Part shown: positions 13,241 through 25,800 of the stretch, piece by piece
Layout: every line of letters begins with the position of its first letter
How positions within the stretch are numbered: the stretch's first letter is position 1
NCBI RefSeq assembly: GCF_030028105.1
Contig: NC_092379.1
Location: forward strand, 26,839,821 to 26,903,820
Direction of reading: 5' to 3'
Length of the DNA: 64,000 bases
Source: Mobula birostris
Taxonomy: Eukaryota
Translations under genes and position numbers: made by a program
Notes under the pieces: model-generated
What the model saw: only the letters and a program-made list of their open reading frames with translations
The model's database searches: none
What the model was told of the DNA's origin: nothing

Positions 13241-14014
13241 AGCAGATTGTTTTATGTTTGTAATTAAAGTGTCAAACGTGCACCAGATGGAGCATAGTTC
13301 ACCGATCCTCAGTCGGTTTCGGCGCCTGCCATCGAATCACGATCTCACCAACGGGTCGTATCTTCCGACCGGTTCTGTCCAGCGTCTTCTATCTTCATCT
13401 CCCATCCAGCTCACTTTCGAAGGCACCCGTTATCTCTTACCAGGAAAGTGAGAAACTGAGAATGATAAGAAGATAATCAACGCCATTTTTCCATGTTTGT
13501 CGTAGGAGTATTCATCGACTGCCATCGATGAGCTTATGTATGCTGGAAATATTATCATTACCAAGGAACGGCGAAACGATGAAGTATGGTGCACCTAAGG
13601 TCAATATAATGCCTCCTGTGTCCGTTAATATTCAGTCAGCGGTCTGCCTAGACATCCAATCTGACGCGGAGCAAAACTTGCACTACCTCACCGAGTTTAG
13701 CGCTGAAGTTGCTGCATGAGTCTATGCAATAATGCATTCATTTTGGGGACTGAATTCACAATTTCAACGATACTCATCAGAAACATTATCACGTGCTTTA
13801 TTCGTGCATTGTACTGAATTAATTTGAAGACAACGTTGGTTAGTCTGATTATTTTCTTGTCACAACTCTTCGAAACGTTCCCTTCAACGAGAAGTATTGT
13901 TGCCCAAAAGATGCACCAAGATGCAATGAAGAATGCGATATAGCTCAGGCCCAGATGACAAAGGGTATTCCGTTCCTTCAGGAATACAATTCTCATATTT
14001 CTCTTTCGCTTTCC

Positions 14015-14021
14015 TGTGTGT

Positions 14022-14072
<51 letters not shown>
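14015..14072. repeat. (TG)n microsatellite
   Basis: About 29 TG units with one TA interruption. Confidence 0.98.
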
Positions 14073-14073
<1 letters not shown>

Positions 14074-14684
14074 CGGTGTTTGTTGATATATCGATTCCCT
14101 CACTAGTTTGAGCCGTGTGCAACAGACAGATAACCGGACTGTGTATTTTTTTTTAGATACGGCCGTAGACAATCAGTAAGAAAGCATTCCGAAATTTATT
14201 ATTATTTAATTTTGCTTCTGTTCTTGGTAAAAAAAAAAAAAAAAATACGAGCATTTGGTCTTGTTACGTTTATGTTGGCCAGAATCGTTAGAGCAGAACA
14301 CCGCAAGAGTCAATGTTCCGCACAAAGTATTGCTCCATTGTTTGTTTTATTTGTTGTCAAGTACCAAATGAAAGTAACAACTTCTCTTGCAGAAATTAAG
14401 TGCCATTCAATTCCATGCACATTTATGTACGTATCTAAGTGCGTATGGAACGGCTGTTTCTTATTTATTCCCACCACCGCCACACGGAACACATGGAAGT
14501 TTGATTCCTTGAAAATCGTAGGACTTAAATTGTGTTTGGTTTTTCCTGTAATTTGAGGCTTCGGCTAAATAGATTGAACTATCTTTTTCAAGCGTTATCC
14601 GATCTCACCCTGCCTGCCTACTTGAAATCAAAAGGGTACTGCTACCGGAATTTGGAAGCTGCAATATAAAAAAAACACATTTAA

Positions 14685-15800
14685 ACATGGAGAACTTACA
14701 TCACAATTCAAGCCCATCGGTCCACAAAGCTGTGCCGAGCATGTCCCTACCTTAGAACTACGTAGGATTTACAGATAGCCCTCTATTTTACTAAGCTCCA
14801 GGTCGCAATCCAGGTGTCTCCTAAAATACCCTACCGTTTCCGCCATCAGCATCGTCGTCGGCAGTCCATTCCACGCACTCCCCACTCTCTGCGTTAAAAG
14901 TTAACCCTGACGTCTCCTCTGTGCCTACTTGCAAGCACAAAAAAGCTATGCCCTCTCGTGCTAGCCATTGCATCCCCGGGGAAAAGCCTTTGAATATCCA
15001 TACGATCAATGCCTCTCATAATTTTGTATAACTCTATCAGGTGTCATCTCATGCTCCGTCACTCCAAGGAAAACATGCCGAGTTCACTGAACCTATTCTC
15101 AAAAGGGATGCCTCCCTATCCAGGAAATGTCCTTGTAATTCTACTCTGCAAGCTTTCTATGGTTTCCAGGACCTTCCTGTAGTGAAGCCACCAGAATATT
15201 GCACAGTTCTCCAAGTGGGGTCTGGCCAGGATCCTATATAGATGCAACATCAGCTCTCGCCTCTGAAACTCAATCCCACGGTTAATGAAGGCCAATGCAC
15301 CGTCTGCTTTTTTTTTTTACCACAGAGTCAATCTACGTAGCATCTTTGAGTGTCCAATGGGCTCGCACCCCAAAACGCTTCTGATCCTGTACCGTGGCAA
15401 GAGTCTTGCCGTTAATGCTGTATTCTGACATCATATTAGACCTACCAAAATGAACCACCTCGCACTTACGTCGGTCGAACTCCATCTGCCACTTTTCAGT
15501 CCATTATAATGTCTGACAGCGCCACACACTATCCAGAACATACCCAACCTTTGCGTCATAAGCAAATCTACTAACCCATCCTTCCACTTCCTCATCCAGG
15601 CCATTTATAAAAATCGAAAAGAGTAGTGGTCCCGGAACACATCGTTGAGGCACATTACTGGTAGCCATGCAGAATATGACCAGTCTGCTACCACACTTTG
15701 CCTTCTGTGGGCAAGCCTGTTCTGCATCCACAAATCCATAACCCCTCGAATCCCATGCCTCCCTACTTTCTCAATAAGCTTTACATTGGGTATCGTATCA
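14685..15800 (-). mobile_element. CR1 LINE, 5'-truncated and decayed
   Basis: ORF 15504-15731 (-) reads VPQRCVPGPLLFSIFINGLDEEVEGWVSRFAYDAKV; CR1 3' UTR near 14700. Confidence 0.85.
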
Positions 15801-16229
15801 AGTACCTAAGATATGCATCCATTATCTTTGCAGATAAAATGTCAGTCATTTTATTTAGAAGCACCGACACAGATATGAACAGCAATCAGCCCACAGTTTT
15901 AACAAAAAAAGTATAGAGCAGCAGAAAATTATCCACGATTGTGAAAAAGAAAAACAGTTTTTTTTTTCCTGCTTTGCAGCTGGATCAGTCGACTTCCTTT
16001 AATTGGTCTGGCCCCTTAATCTCCTGCAGCCTCTCAGAATCTATATGATTATCAAAATGTAGAACAGTAAAAATCACTGCGCTCACGGGTATAAGGTTCA
16101 GTGCCGCATTCATAACGTCACAAAGGGCATGAGGTAAAAAATAACTCCTCATGTTGCAGTGCCACAACATCGAATGAATAAAGTCATGAAATGAAATTCA
16201 GAACAAAAAGTCACTTTACTGAAGCAAAC

Positions 16230-16506
16230 ACGAGGAATTCTGCAGATGCTGGAAATTCAAGCAACGCACATCAAAGTTGCTGGTGAACACAGCAGGTCAG
16301 GCAGCATCTTTAGAAAGAGATGCAGTCGACGTTTGAGGCCGAGACCCTTCGTCAGGACTAACTGAAGGAAGAGCTAGTAAGAGATTTGAAAGTGGGAGGG
16401 GGAGGGGGAGATCGAAAATGATAGGAAAAGACAGGAGGGGGACGGATGGTGCCAAGAGCTGGACAGGTAATTGGCCAAATGGATATGAGACGATCATAGA
16501 CAAAAG
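16230..16506 (-). mobile_element. Penelope-like element 3' end (left arm of an inverted pair)
   Basis: CTGCAGATGCTGGAAATTCAAGCAAC...GTCGACGTTTGAGGCCGAGACCCTTCGTCAGGAC; reverse complement of 16599-16840. Confidence 0.85.
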
Positions 16507-16539
16507 GGATAATAGAGGATAAATTTCTCCCTCTATCCC

Positions 16540-16840
16540 TCAGACTATACTCCTTGCCCATCCTTTGGGTTCGCCTCCACTTTTTCCTTCTCCCTGGGCC
16601 TTCTGTCCCATGATCCTCTCATATCCCTTTTGCCAATCACCTGTCCAGATCTTGGCTCCATCCCTCCCGCTCCCGTCTTCTCCTGTCATTTTGGATCTCC
16701 CCCTCCCCCTACCACTTTCAAATCTCATACTATCTCTTCCTTCACTTAGTCCTGACGAAGGGTCTTGGCCTGAAACGTCGACAGGACCTCTTCCTGGAGA
16801 TGCTGCCTGGCCTGCTGTGTTGACCAGCAACTTTGATGTG
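16540..16840 (+). mobile_element. Penelope-like element 3' end (right arm of an inverted pair)
   Basis: Homologous to 9495-9740; ends CCAGCAACTTTGATGTG. Confidence 0.85.
16749..16782 (+). ncRNA. Minimal type I hammerhead ribozyme motif in a Penelope terminal repeat
   Basis: GUC-CUGACGA-AGG(GUCUUGG)CCU-GAAAC-GUC-GAC: conserved core, 3-bp stem II, loopless palindromic stem III (ACGU), 3-bp stem I (GUC/GAC). Predicted cleavage after C16779. Confidence 0.7.
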
Positions 16841-17499
16841 GGTAACATTACTGAGGTAGGGGTGCAGTTAAGTATAGCAGTCGCTTATTTCTGAGTAAAA
16901 TATTCGAGTTTCAACTGCAGACAGGAAAAGGCTTTGTAAATAATAGAAGAACAAACTGATAGTTAACAGCAGCAATATACATTATCAAAGCGGACCTTAG
17001 TACAATGACAAAACAACAACCTGATGTCGTGGAAAGGAAAGGGAAATCAATTAGCCCAAAGCCGACCAAATATTTCGGGAAGTCGCAACTACCCGAGTGT
17101 CCAATCAAAATACTCACTACCCTTTCTGTAAGTAGAGGTGAAATGAGGTAAATACTAATCAGACTCTCCGGTGCTCAGCCCTCTTTGGGAACGAGATAAG
17201 AATTTCCGATTTCCACATGAATTAATCTTCCTAAATAAATATTTTTGGTCAATACTGCTTCAAATAACCCCCAATTAGTACAAGCAGATAGTGTACTTTA
17301 TATTGAGAACGCATGTAATGTCATGCTTCGAATTACATGCATTGTTGGAATCAAAATTAGAATTAATACTATTAGTATTAACAGTGACATATGCCATGGA
17401 CATTTGCTGTTTACTGTCAAGATAAAACAAAACCGTTGTCAATGATGGTAAAATAAATGAGAGGGACAATCAAGCAATAGTGAGGTCGTGTATGGGTGC

Positions 17500-18240
17500 A
17501 TACTGCATGACTGTACAGAAGTCTGCTGGCACGGGGGAAGAATGTGTTCCTGAAACTACGAATGCAGTTCCATAGGTGATTGTATTTCCACCCCGATGAT
17601 AATAATAACAGAGGGCCTGTGTCGGATGGCGAATTTCAACAGCGGATGCTTTTGTCATGACGCAACGCTTTTTAAAAATAATTCCAATGGTGGGAGGTTT
17701 GTACTGACGATCGATCTGATTGGATCCACAGCGGTTCTGGCCACTTTCAATCCCATGATTTGGAGCATTCACAGCAGGCCCTGACTCAAGCAATAATAAT
17801 GCGTTCCGATATTTAATACCAAAAAAATGGAGTCTTTGGCACTGAAAATTGCTGCTAGCAGTCAAAATATTTTTTAAACACCAAGCTATGTGTATCGCAT
17901 GGCTTGTAACTGCAATATCTTCAGAGTCACTGATATGCTGACGCCCATGACTGTCAAGCTGCTCACACTTACAACCGGTGACATCTCAAGGAAGATTTGT
18001 GTGCGCTCTCCAGTTTTCCATATCTCTGGAGTCCGTATTCGGTGCAGTAGTTTTTCTGACGATCGGTGTTATTTTGCTGTGTAGAAGCCCTTCATACAGA
18101 CGATGCATCTCGCTACTAGTCGCCATCCGAGATTCTGCCAACAACTCTGCGGTCAGCATCGAAATTGTTCAGAACATCAAAACAGCTGTGCGTGTAGAAT
18201 GTTGGGCTCAGCACACAGCTTTGAGCACAGTTATTTGTCA
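17500..18240 (-). mobile_element. Rex1/Babar LINE relic (RT C-terminal half), very decayed
   Basis: Minus strand has TGTGCTCAAAGCTGTGTGCTGAGCCC (QGCVLSP-like), VVGRISDGD, and PPTIGIIFKKRC...IRHPTQAL, resembling the Rex1 ORF2 end. Confidence 0.65.
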
Positions 18241-18919
18241 ATGAATTGATACATATTTGATCATATAATTAATATGTAATTGCTTATATTTGTCAATAAG
18301 CAATTGAGTCAATTAAAGCATCACTTCTTTTGCAAGTACTATGTTCACAGATATAAAGACGGCAGTTCATAAGGAGGTTCCCTGAATTTCTGATAACCAA
18401 CTTTACGAGAAAAACAAGAGTTGTGCAAATTTTCCGAAGGGGTAGCAGTGTACATGCATATCCATTACAGCAAAACCAGTCGGAATTGACTCAGAAGCTA
18501 ATTTAAAGTGACTTCTGAAATGGTGGACGAATTGTATCAAACGGCGAACTCCTGTGAAACGTAATTCAAGTTGGTTGATTTCCAAGGATGTTTGTTTATC
18601 TTATGCGCTAAATGAATTCTATTCTTTGGACACCAGATCAATCGAAATCAGCATCCAGCAATACTAGTACTCTCGAAAACATATGCAAATGAAGAACAAA
18701 ACAGAATTAGAACAGTGCAGAACAGCATTAGGATAAATATTTAGACCCAGTGATCAGTCAGAAGATGGATACAAACAACCAATCACCCGAATGATTGAGA
18801 TAATGCCGCATATGTTTCATCAATTTAAAAATTATATCGACATCTTAAACACTTTTTAGAATATGTATCCTCATTAAAGACACTGGCTTCGAAATTTAAG
18901 CCATCAAAAAAAGGTAGTT

Positions 18920-21710
18920 ATAGAGTTTCATTGAATAGTACAGTACAGTACAGGCCCTTCGGACCACAATGCCGTGCCGACCCTCAAACTCTGCCTCCCA
19001 TATAAACCCCCGCCTAAAATTCCTCCATTTACCTGTCTAGTAGTCTCTTAAACTTAACTAGTGTATCTACCTCCACCATTGACTCAGGCAGTGCATTCCG
19101 CGCACGACCAACTCTCTGAGTAAAAAACATTCCTCTCATATCCCCCTTGAACTTCCCATTCCTTACCTTAAAGACATGTTCTCTTGTATTGAGCAGTGTT
19201 GCCCTAGGTAAAAGGCGCTGGCTATACACTCAATCTATTCCTCTGACTATCTTGTACACCTCAATCATGTCTGATCACATCCTCCTTCTCTCCAAAGAGT
19301 AAAGCCCTAGCTCCCTTAATTTCTGATCATAATCCAAACTCTCTGAACCAGGCAACATCCTGGTAAAACTCCTTTGTACCCTTTCCAATGATTCCGCATC
19401 CTTCCTATAGTGAGGCGACCAGAACTCGACACAGTACTACAAGTGTGGCCTAACCCGAATTTTATAGAGCTGCATCATTACATCGCGATTCTTAAACTCT
19501 ATCCCTCGACTTATGAAAGCTAGTACCCCATAACCTTTCTTAACTACCCTATCTAACTGTGAGGCAACCTTCAGGGGACTATGAACATGTACCTCCACAT
19601 CCCTCTGCTCCTCCACCCTACCAAGTAGCCTGCCATTTACTTTGTACTCTGCCTTGGTGTGTGTCCTTCAAAAGTGTACACACTTCACACTTCTCCGGGT
19701 TAAACTACAGATGCCAATTTTCAGCCCACGTCTGCATCCTATCAATGTCTCTGTGCAATCTTCGACAAAACTCTATACTATCTGCAACACCACAAACCTT
19801 TGTGCCGTCTGCAAACTTGCCTAACCACTCTTCTACCCCCACATCCAGCTCGTTGATACAAATCACGAAAAGTAGAAATCACAGAACATATCCTTCTGGG
19901 CCATTAGGAGTCACAACCCTCTATCCGATTGTACTCCCTCCACCACGACCTTCTGCCTTCTGCAGGCAAGCCAATTCTGAATGCACCTGGACAAACTTCC
20001 CTGGACTCCATGTCTTCTGACACACTGAATAAGCCTACTATGTGGAACCTTGTCACATGCCTCACTAAAATCCATGTAGATCATATTCACTGCACTACAC
20101 TCATCTATATAGCTGATCAACTCCTCAAATAACTCCATAAGGCTTGGCAAACACGATCTGCCGTTCACAAAGCCATGCTGACTGTCCCTGATCAGACCAT
20201 GATTCTTTAAATGCTATAGATACTATCCCTAATAATCTTTTCCAACAGCTTTCCCACCACAGGCGTACGGTTTACTGATCTATAAATACCCGGACTATCC
20301 CTACTACCTATTTTGAACAAAGGGACAACATCCGCCTCCCTCCAATCCTCCAGTACCATTCCTGTGAACAACAAGGACATAAAGATACTAGCCGGAGGCT
20401 CAGCAATGTCTTGCCTCGCCGCGTGGAGCAGCCTGGGGAGTATTCCCTCAGACCCCGGGGACTTATTCGTCCTAATGTATTTTAACAACCACAACACCTC
20501 CTCTCTCTTAATATCAACAAACTCCAGAACATCAACACCGCTCATATTGTCCTCACCGTCATCAAATTCCCTCTCATTGGTCAATACCGAAGAGAGGTAT
20601 TCATTGAGGACCTCACTCACTTCCGCAGCCTCCAGGCACATCTTCCTACCATTATCTCTTATCGGTCCTACCTGCTCTCTCGTTATCCTTTTGTTCTTCA
20701 CATAATTGAAGAATGTCTTGGGGTTGTCCTTTACTCTACTCGCCAAGACCTTCTCATGCCCACTTCTTGCTCTTCTCAGCCCCTTATTAAGCTCCTTACT
20801 TGCTACCCTATATTTCTCAATAGTCCTATATGATCCTTGATTCCTGAACCTCATGTATGCTTCCTTCTTCCGCCTGACTGGACTTTCCACTTCACATATG
20901 ACCTATGTTTCCTTCACCCTTCCATTCATTATCTTCCTCACCAGGACGAATTTATCCCTAACATCCAGCAAGAGATCCATAAACATCGACCACATGTCCA
21001 TAGTACATTTCCCTGCAAAAACATCATCCCAATTCACACCCGCAAGTTCTAGCCTTATAACCTCATAGTTTTCGCTTCTCCAATTAACTATTTTCCTGAT
21101 CTTTCTGATTCTGTCCTTTTCATTGATAATGTTAAAGGCCAAGGAGAGGTGGCCACTGTCCCCCAGATGCAAACCGACTGAGTGATCATGACCCGGTTCA
21201 TTGCCTTATACTAGACTTGGTATGGCATTCCCCCTGGTCGGCCTGTCAACATACTGAGACAGGAATCCGTACTGAAAATACTTAACAAACTCTGCCGCAT
21301 CCAAACCCTTGAACAAATCAGGTGCCAGTCAATATAAGGGAAGTTAAAGTCATCCATGATAGCAACCCTGTTATTTTTGCACCTTTCTATAATCTGCCTC
21401 CCAATCGGCCCCCCGGTATTTCTGCTGCCACCAGGAGGACTATAGCATACCCCTAACAGAGTGTGTTCTCCTTTCCTGTTCCTGAGTGCCACACATACAG
21501 ACTCAAAAAAAAAAGATCCTGCTACATTACCCACTCTTTCTGTAGCTGTAATAGTAACCCTGACCAGTAATGCCAACCCTCCTCCCCTTTTCCATCCTCT
21601 CTAACCCTGTTAAACACTGAAATCCAGGAATATTGAGAATCCATTCCTGCCCCGGTGCCAGCTAAGTCTCTGTAATGGCCACTACATCATGATTCCATGT
21701 ATGCGTATTT
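18920..21710 (-). mobile_element. CR1 LINE ORF2 (APE-RT) with 3' end, decayed with internal deletions
   Basis: Minus ORFs 21211-21576 (LLGVCYSPPG...IMDDFNFP), 20207-20890 (NKSPGSEGILPRLL...GIYRSVNRTPVVGKLLEKII), 19911-20168 (YMDFSEACDKVPH) and 19029-19229. Confidence 0.92.
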
Positions 21711-21919
21711 GGGATAACGTTCATTGCAGACAAGCAAAGGCTATAATAAGCAAGATCCCTAAAATTGAACCTCATTGGTCGGAAATTGATAACCGAAGGC
21801 TGCATAAAACAATATTAATAGCGTATTATGCGTTATTGTCCAACATGAACGAAAGATAATTGTTTAAAGGACATGGAGCCGAATAAATTTTAAAGCATAC
21901 ATTGTCCGCAGTATCAGTG

Positions 21920-22340
21920 ACCACAGTTGACTTTGTCTTTTTGTATGTTTCCCCTTGCCGTCAGTCTGTGGTTTTGTATTGCCATGTGCTCCTGTTTGTT
22001 TTTATGCCCCATGTGCTCCTGTCTCCGCTCCTGCTCTAGCTCTGCCCCTGTAATGCTGAGTAATCTACCTCTTACTTGTTTCTCGTTAATACCTGTTTTG
22101 CTGCCACGGTGTCTCATTGTGCTCCACCTATCATCTGCCACTCTGAGTTTTGCTCAGTGTATTTTAATCCTGTGATTTCACCAGATCGTTGCCAGATTGT
22201 GCCAGTGAGTTTCCCTGAGCCATTCCAACATTTGTATCTGAACTCTGTCCGTCTGAATATCGACTCTGCTTGTTCCCGATTATGGTTTTGGATTTCGCTG
22301 GTATTTTTGATCTATGCCTGAACTTTGATGCGAGCTTTTT
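21920..22340 (+). mobile_element. Probable LTR fragment (Gypsy type)
   Basis: Pyrimidine-rich LTR-like texture (CTCCACCTATCATCTGCC, GTATTTTAATCC, TTGCCAGATTGT). Termini and TSD not resolved. Confidence 0.35.
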
Positions 22341-23713
22341 TTGTTTCCCTGGATTTGCTGCTCAGTGAATATCAAAGTGTGCAGAGTACATGGTCTGTGA
22401 CTGAGTTCCTGCTTCAGCAGCCTGACACAGAGTTAAAGATACCAAGACAGATTAGTGATGATTAGTGAAATACGGAATCATATACTGACAGTGAAAATAA
22501 ATAATTGGTAAATCATTTAATATCAGAAATAGTAGACTTTAGTATAATGACAAAACTTTTATTGTGTTAAGTAGCGTGGTTCTCTCAGTCCATACAATTG
22601 AACAAATCTAACAACATTACAAGTAATACCAATCTTCTGATTTAATGCTAGTAACACATTTTTATTATGTGTTCACTTGGAATATCGGGCAGAACCGTTT
22701 GTGTTCGCAATAATAACACACAAGAAATATTGTTGTAAAATGTTGTAATAATTTTAGTACAGCGCACACGATGTAACTTATGTTGTATAACTAATATTTA
22801 TCTATATTTATCAGAAGTCTCACAATGAACAAATAGGTACCAATGTTAGAGCGCTGCACTAAAGCTAAAAAACAAACAACAACTAATAATTAAACTGAAC
22901 ACACAGTCACAGAGAGAGGATACCGTTAAATTGTGATTAATGGTCTTTATTTTAACCGAATCGTAACATTAAAATAAATCCATAAAACTACAGTAAGGGC
23001 ATAGAAAATGGTAGGTCTGAGCTGGGTGCTTTTCCTGGTGTTTGCATTTTACCAATAAGTATTTGCGAGCTGCAGCTTGTGTAATAAGGAACGCCACAGG
23101 GAAAAAAAAAAGGAACATTGTATTTAATTGTATCCGGTAGATTGGCATTTAGTTTTCAACATCGTTGTTGATTCGTATGTTCGGGATCAGAAACAGGTTC
23201 CTCGAAATAAATATGTTTTGCGGCAACAGTACAGTGTAATGTACTACATGCCATATTTTACAGTAAGAGCTATAAACAAAAAAAATAAATAAGAAGTGCA
23301 AGACGAGAACAGACAGTGAAGTGATATTCATGGATTAATCTTCGTAATCAAAGGGCAAAGCGGAAGAAGTTGTTCTTAAAAAAAACACAGCGTGGTTCCT
23401 CAATATATTGATGTGATGGTATCGTGTTTGCTGTTGGCGACTTTCTGAGCTCAAACCAAGAATTTAAGCCCTAGGTGAGAAAAAACAGTGTGCGAACCCT
23501 CAGAAAAGGACGGTTATATTGCAGCTAGCTAGCTACACTCAAATGCTAGTTCACTGTTCTGTTTTCCCTCCAAGACGAATTTGGCATATTCTGTGTAGTC
23601 CATCTCCTACCAAGGTAGAGATATTTTCCGGTCATGATGCAGTATAAACACAGTTCCTTTAATTATGGCAATGCAAATTTAAATGCCATTATATTGCAAA
23701 ACACATTTAAAAC

Positions 23714-24539
23714 TGTCACCGAATCCTGGTTTACCCCTTATGGACTATACCTTCAAAAGGAGAGAGAGGGAGAGAGCTGTACAACGCAATCACCTTGTTA
23801 TAAAGAGAAAAAGGCGAAGGATGCTCATATTTTACTTGGAGATGGTGTTAAAGATTCTCTGCAGCGTGTTTACACTTTTGTAAGGACACTGCCAGCTTCT
23901 GAGTTCCTACACAGAGAGAAAGGAGGAGCTAGTTGATGGACGGCTGGTGTTCAGCATGGTGAGGTAAAAAGTAGGTCAGCTAGTAGACACACAGATACGT
24001 GATATTGGACACTGGAGGAGATTTGTTGTGCCCACAGCATGGTCGTTTTTTGGAGTATATATCTGGATAATCGATCAGTGGCTCTCACAGTGGGGAAAAG
24101 GTGTGACGGGCGGGTAGTTATCCGTGTTTTCAACCCTCGCCTGGGTTGAAAACGTCACCAGAGAAAAACGGTCCCCTTGTTGTGGTCACATTCGGTGACT
24201 GCTAAAGGACAGCGGGAAGATTGACGGCATCAGCTCACCTGAAGAACTAGACAGCCCTCTCCATCACTCCATGCAACGAACTGAACTGAATTTTACCCAT
24301 CACGTAAGACTGTATCTATTTACCCCTAGGCTTGAGGAAGCTTGTGTTTTTCTTTTTTGTTTTTTTTTTCTATTTCCACACTTATATCTATCTAATTTTG
24401 CTTAACTGTTTGATTTTTCTGATTTTATATTACTGTCTTGCGTAGTTACTAATAAACGTGTATTAGTTAATATCAATACCAGACTCCAAGGGGCTTTCCA
24501 TTTCTGCTGGTTCATTACCCCGTCACAGGGTACATGGCA
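23714..24539 (+). mobile_element. Solo LTR (826 bp), related to the Gmr1-like family
   Basis: TGTCACC...ACATGGCA termini; perfect 4-bp TSD AAAC at 23710-23713 and 24540-24543; internal motifs shared with LTRs at 31246 and 40235. Confidence 0.85.
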
Positions 24540-25559
24540 AAACTCACACTGAAATTTATCTGATGAAATGTTTCCAACTACAAAATATTTCGAAATCACA
24601 AAGAATTTCCAAAGTACATTTGGGCCTCATGGGACTATTCCCTCTGATAAATTGATGCTAACTCGGATCATAGCATAGAGATCCTGAGACGGGGCTTTGT
24701 TTGTGGCAGATGCTTATCAGGGGCATCAGGTGGGCACACCCGTTTAAGATGTATCATCCTATTAGCCTACTGCAACCAGAGATCTCAGGACTGTGACCCG
24801 ATTCCCACGTCTACCCTTCGGTCATTCACTCAGGTGCAATTCCTGAAACCATAAACCTGGAGTTGTAAATAAATGGGGCGTCGGTTACCGAAGTTGAAGG
24901 CAGTGATTTGTCTCCTATCGACCCTATCTTTCTGAAATAGTTTGTGTTGGCCCTTTACAATACGGACAAATCTGATAGGTGTCATAAAAATATACCGTTT
25001 TCTTTCGCCTCTAGCTGATACCACACGTATGTTTTTTTTTTTCTCTCTCTCTCTCTACTACCTTTGCTGGAAAATTCGCTGTATCGCCTAAACGCTTTTA
25101 GTTCAGGAATTCTAGACACCCAAAATTCGGGCTATGCAGGCGTAAACTCTGAGTTCACAATTCTCCCCATTTTTGATTGATCAACTACTTCATGATCTAC
25201 GTATATTATAAGCCTGGTCTGCAAGCTTCCTTGACCAAAATAATTATACCTGCCTTGTTTGATTCGATGCAGGCACAATAAAATTAACGCCATTTGTTTC
25301 ATATTGCGTCACCGGACAACGAGTCCCTTCTGTGATGTTAGCAGCCTGTGCTCGACACACACTGCTGCTTATCTCCAACGCTGTCCACCGAACCACGGGT
25401 ATAGTTATAGTTTGCAATTTGCTTTAAGAACTAAAGACAGGTCTGTGCTAATGGGAAGAAGCTGAGGAAAAAAAAAATGATTGGGAGTTTAACCTACTGA
25501 AAACAACACTTTCACCCACGAAGCGTTAGATGCTCTGTAAGAAAGCTGAATTTGGTTAA

Positions 25560-25800
25560 AGAAAATCAACGAAACAAAAAAACATCTTTTCCGATATCTA
25601 TTGAAGATGTGTTCGATGAGGAGGAGGCTGTGTGACGGAGACGGTAGCGTTTCCAACGTCCCGCGGCGTTGTCCGGTCCTATGCAGCTGCCTCTTCATAG
25701 CGGACGGTGATGCCGCCAGTTGGAAGGATCTCACCGTACAGATATAAAACTTTGATGGAAAACTTGATAGCATGCATTATTTAGTCAAGCTCCTCACGAA
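25560..25800 (-). mobile_element. Rex1/Babar LINE relic
   Basis: ORF 25489-25773 (-) reads KFYICTVRSFQLAASPS...LLLIEHIFNRYRKRC, resembling the Rex1 ORF2 end. Confidence 0.55.

Noticed and set aside
13697-14122. 141-aa ORF with a THTH repeat
   Set aside because: Translation of the (TG)n microsatellite and flanking AT-rich DNA.
17470-17865. 131-aa minus ORF containing ALCYYY, superficially V-like or viral
   Set aside because: Explained as frameshifted Rex1/Babar ORF2 sequence; no Ig fold motifs.
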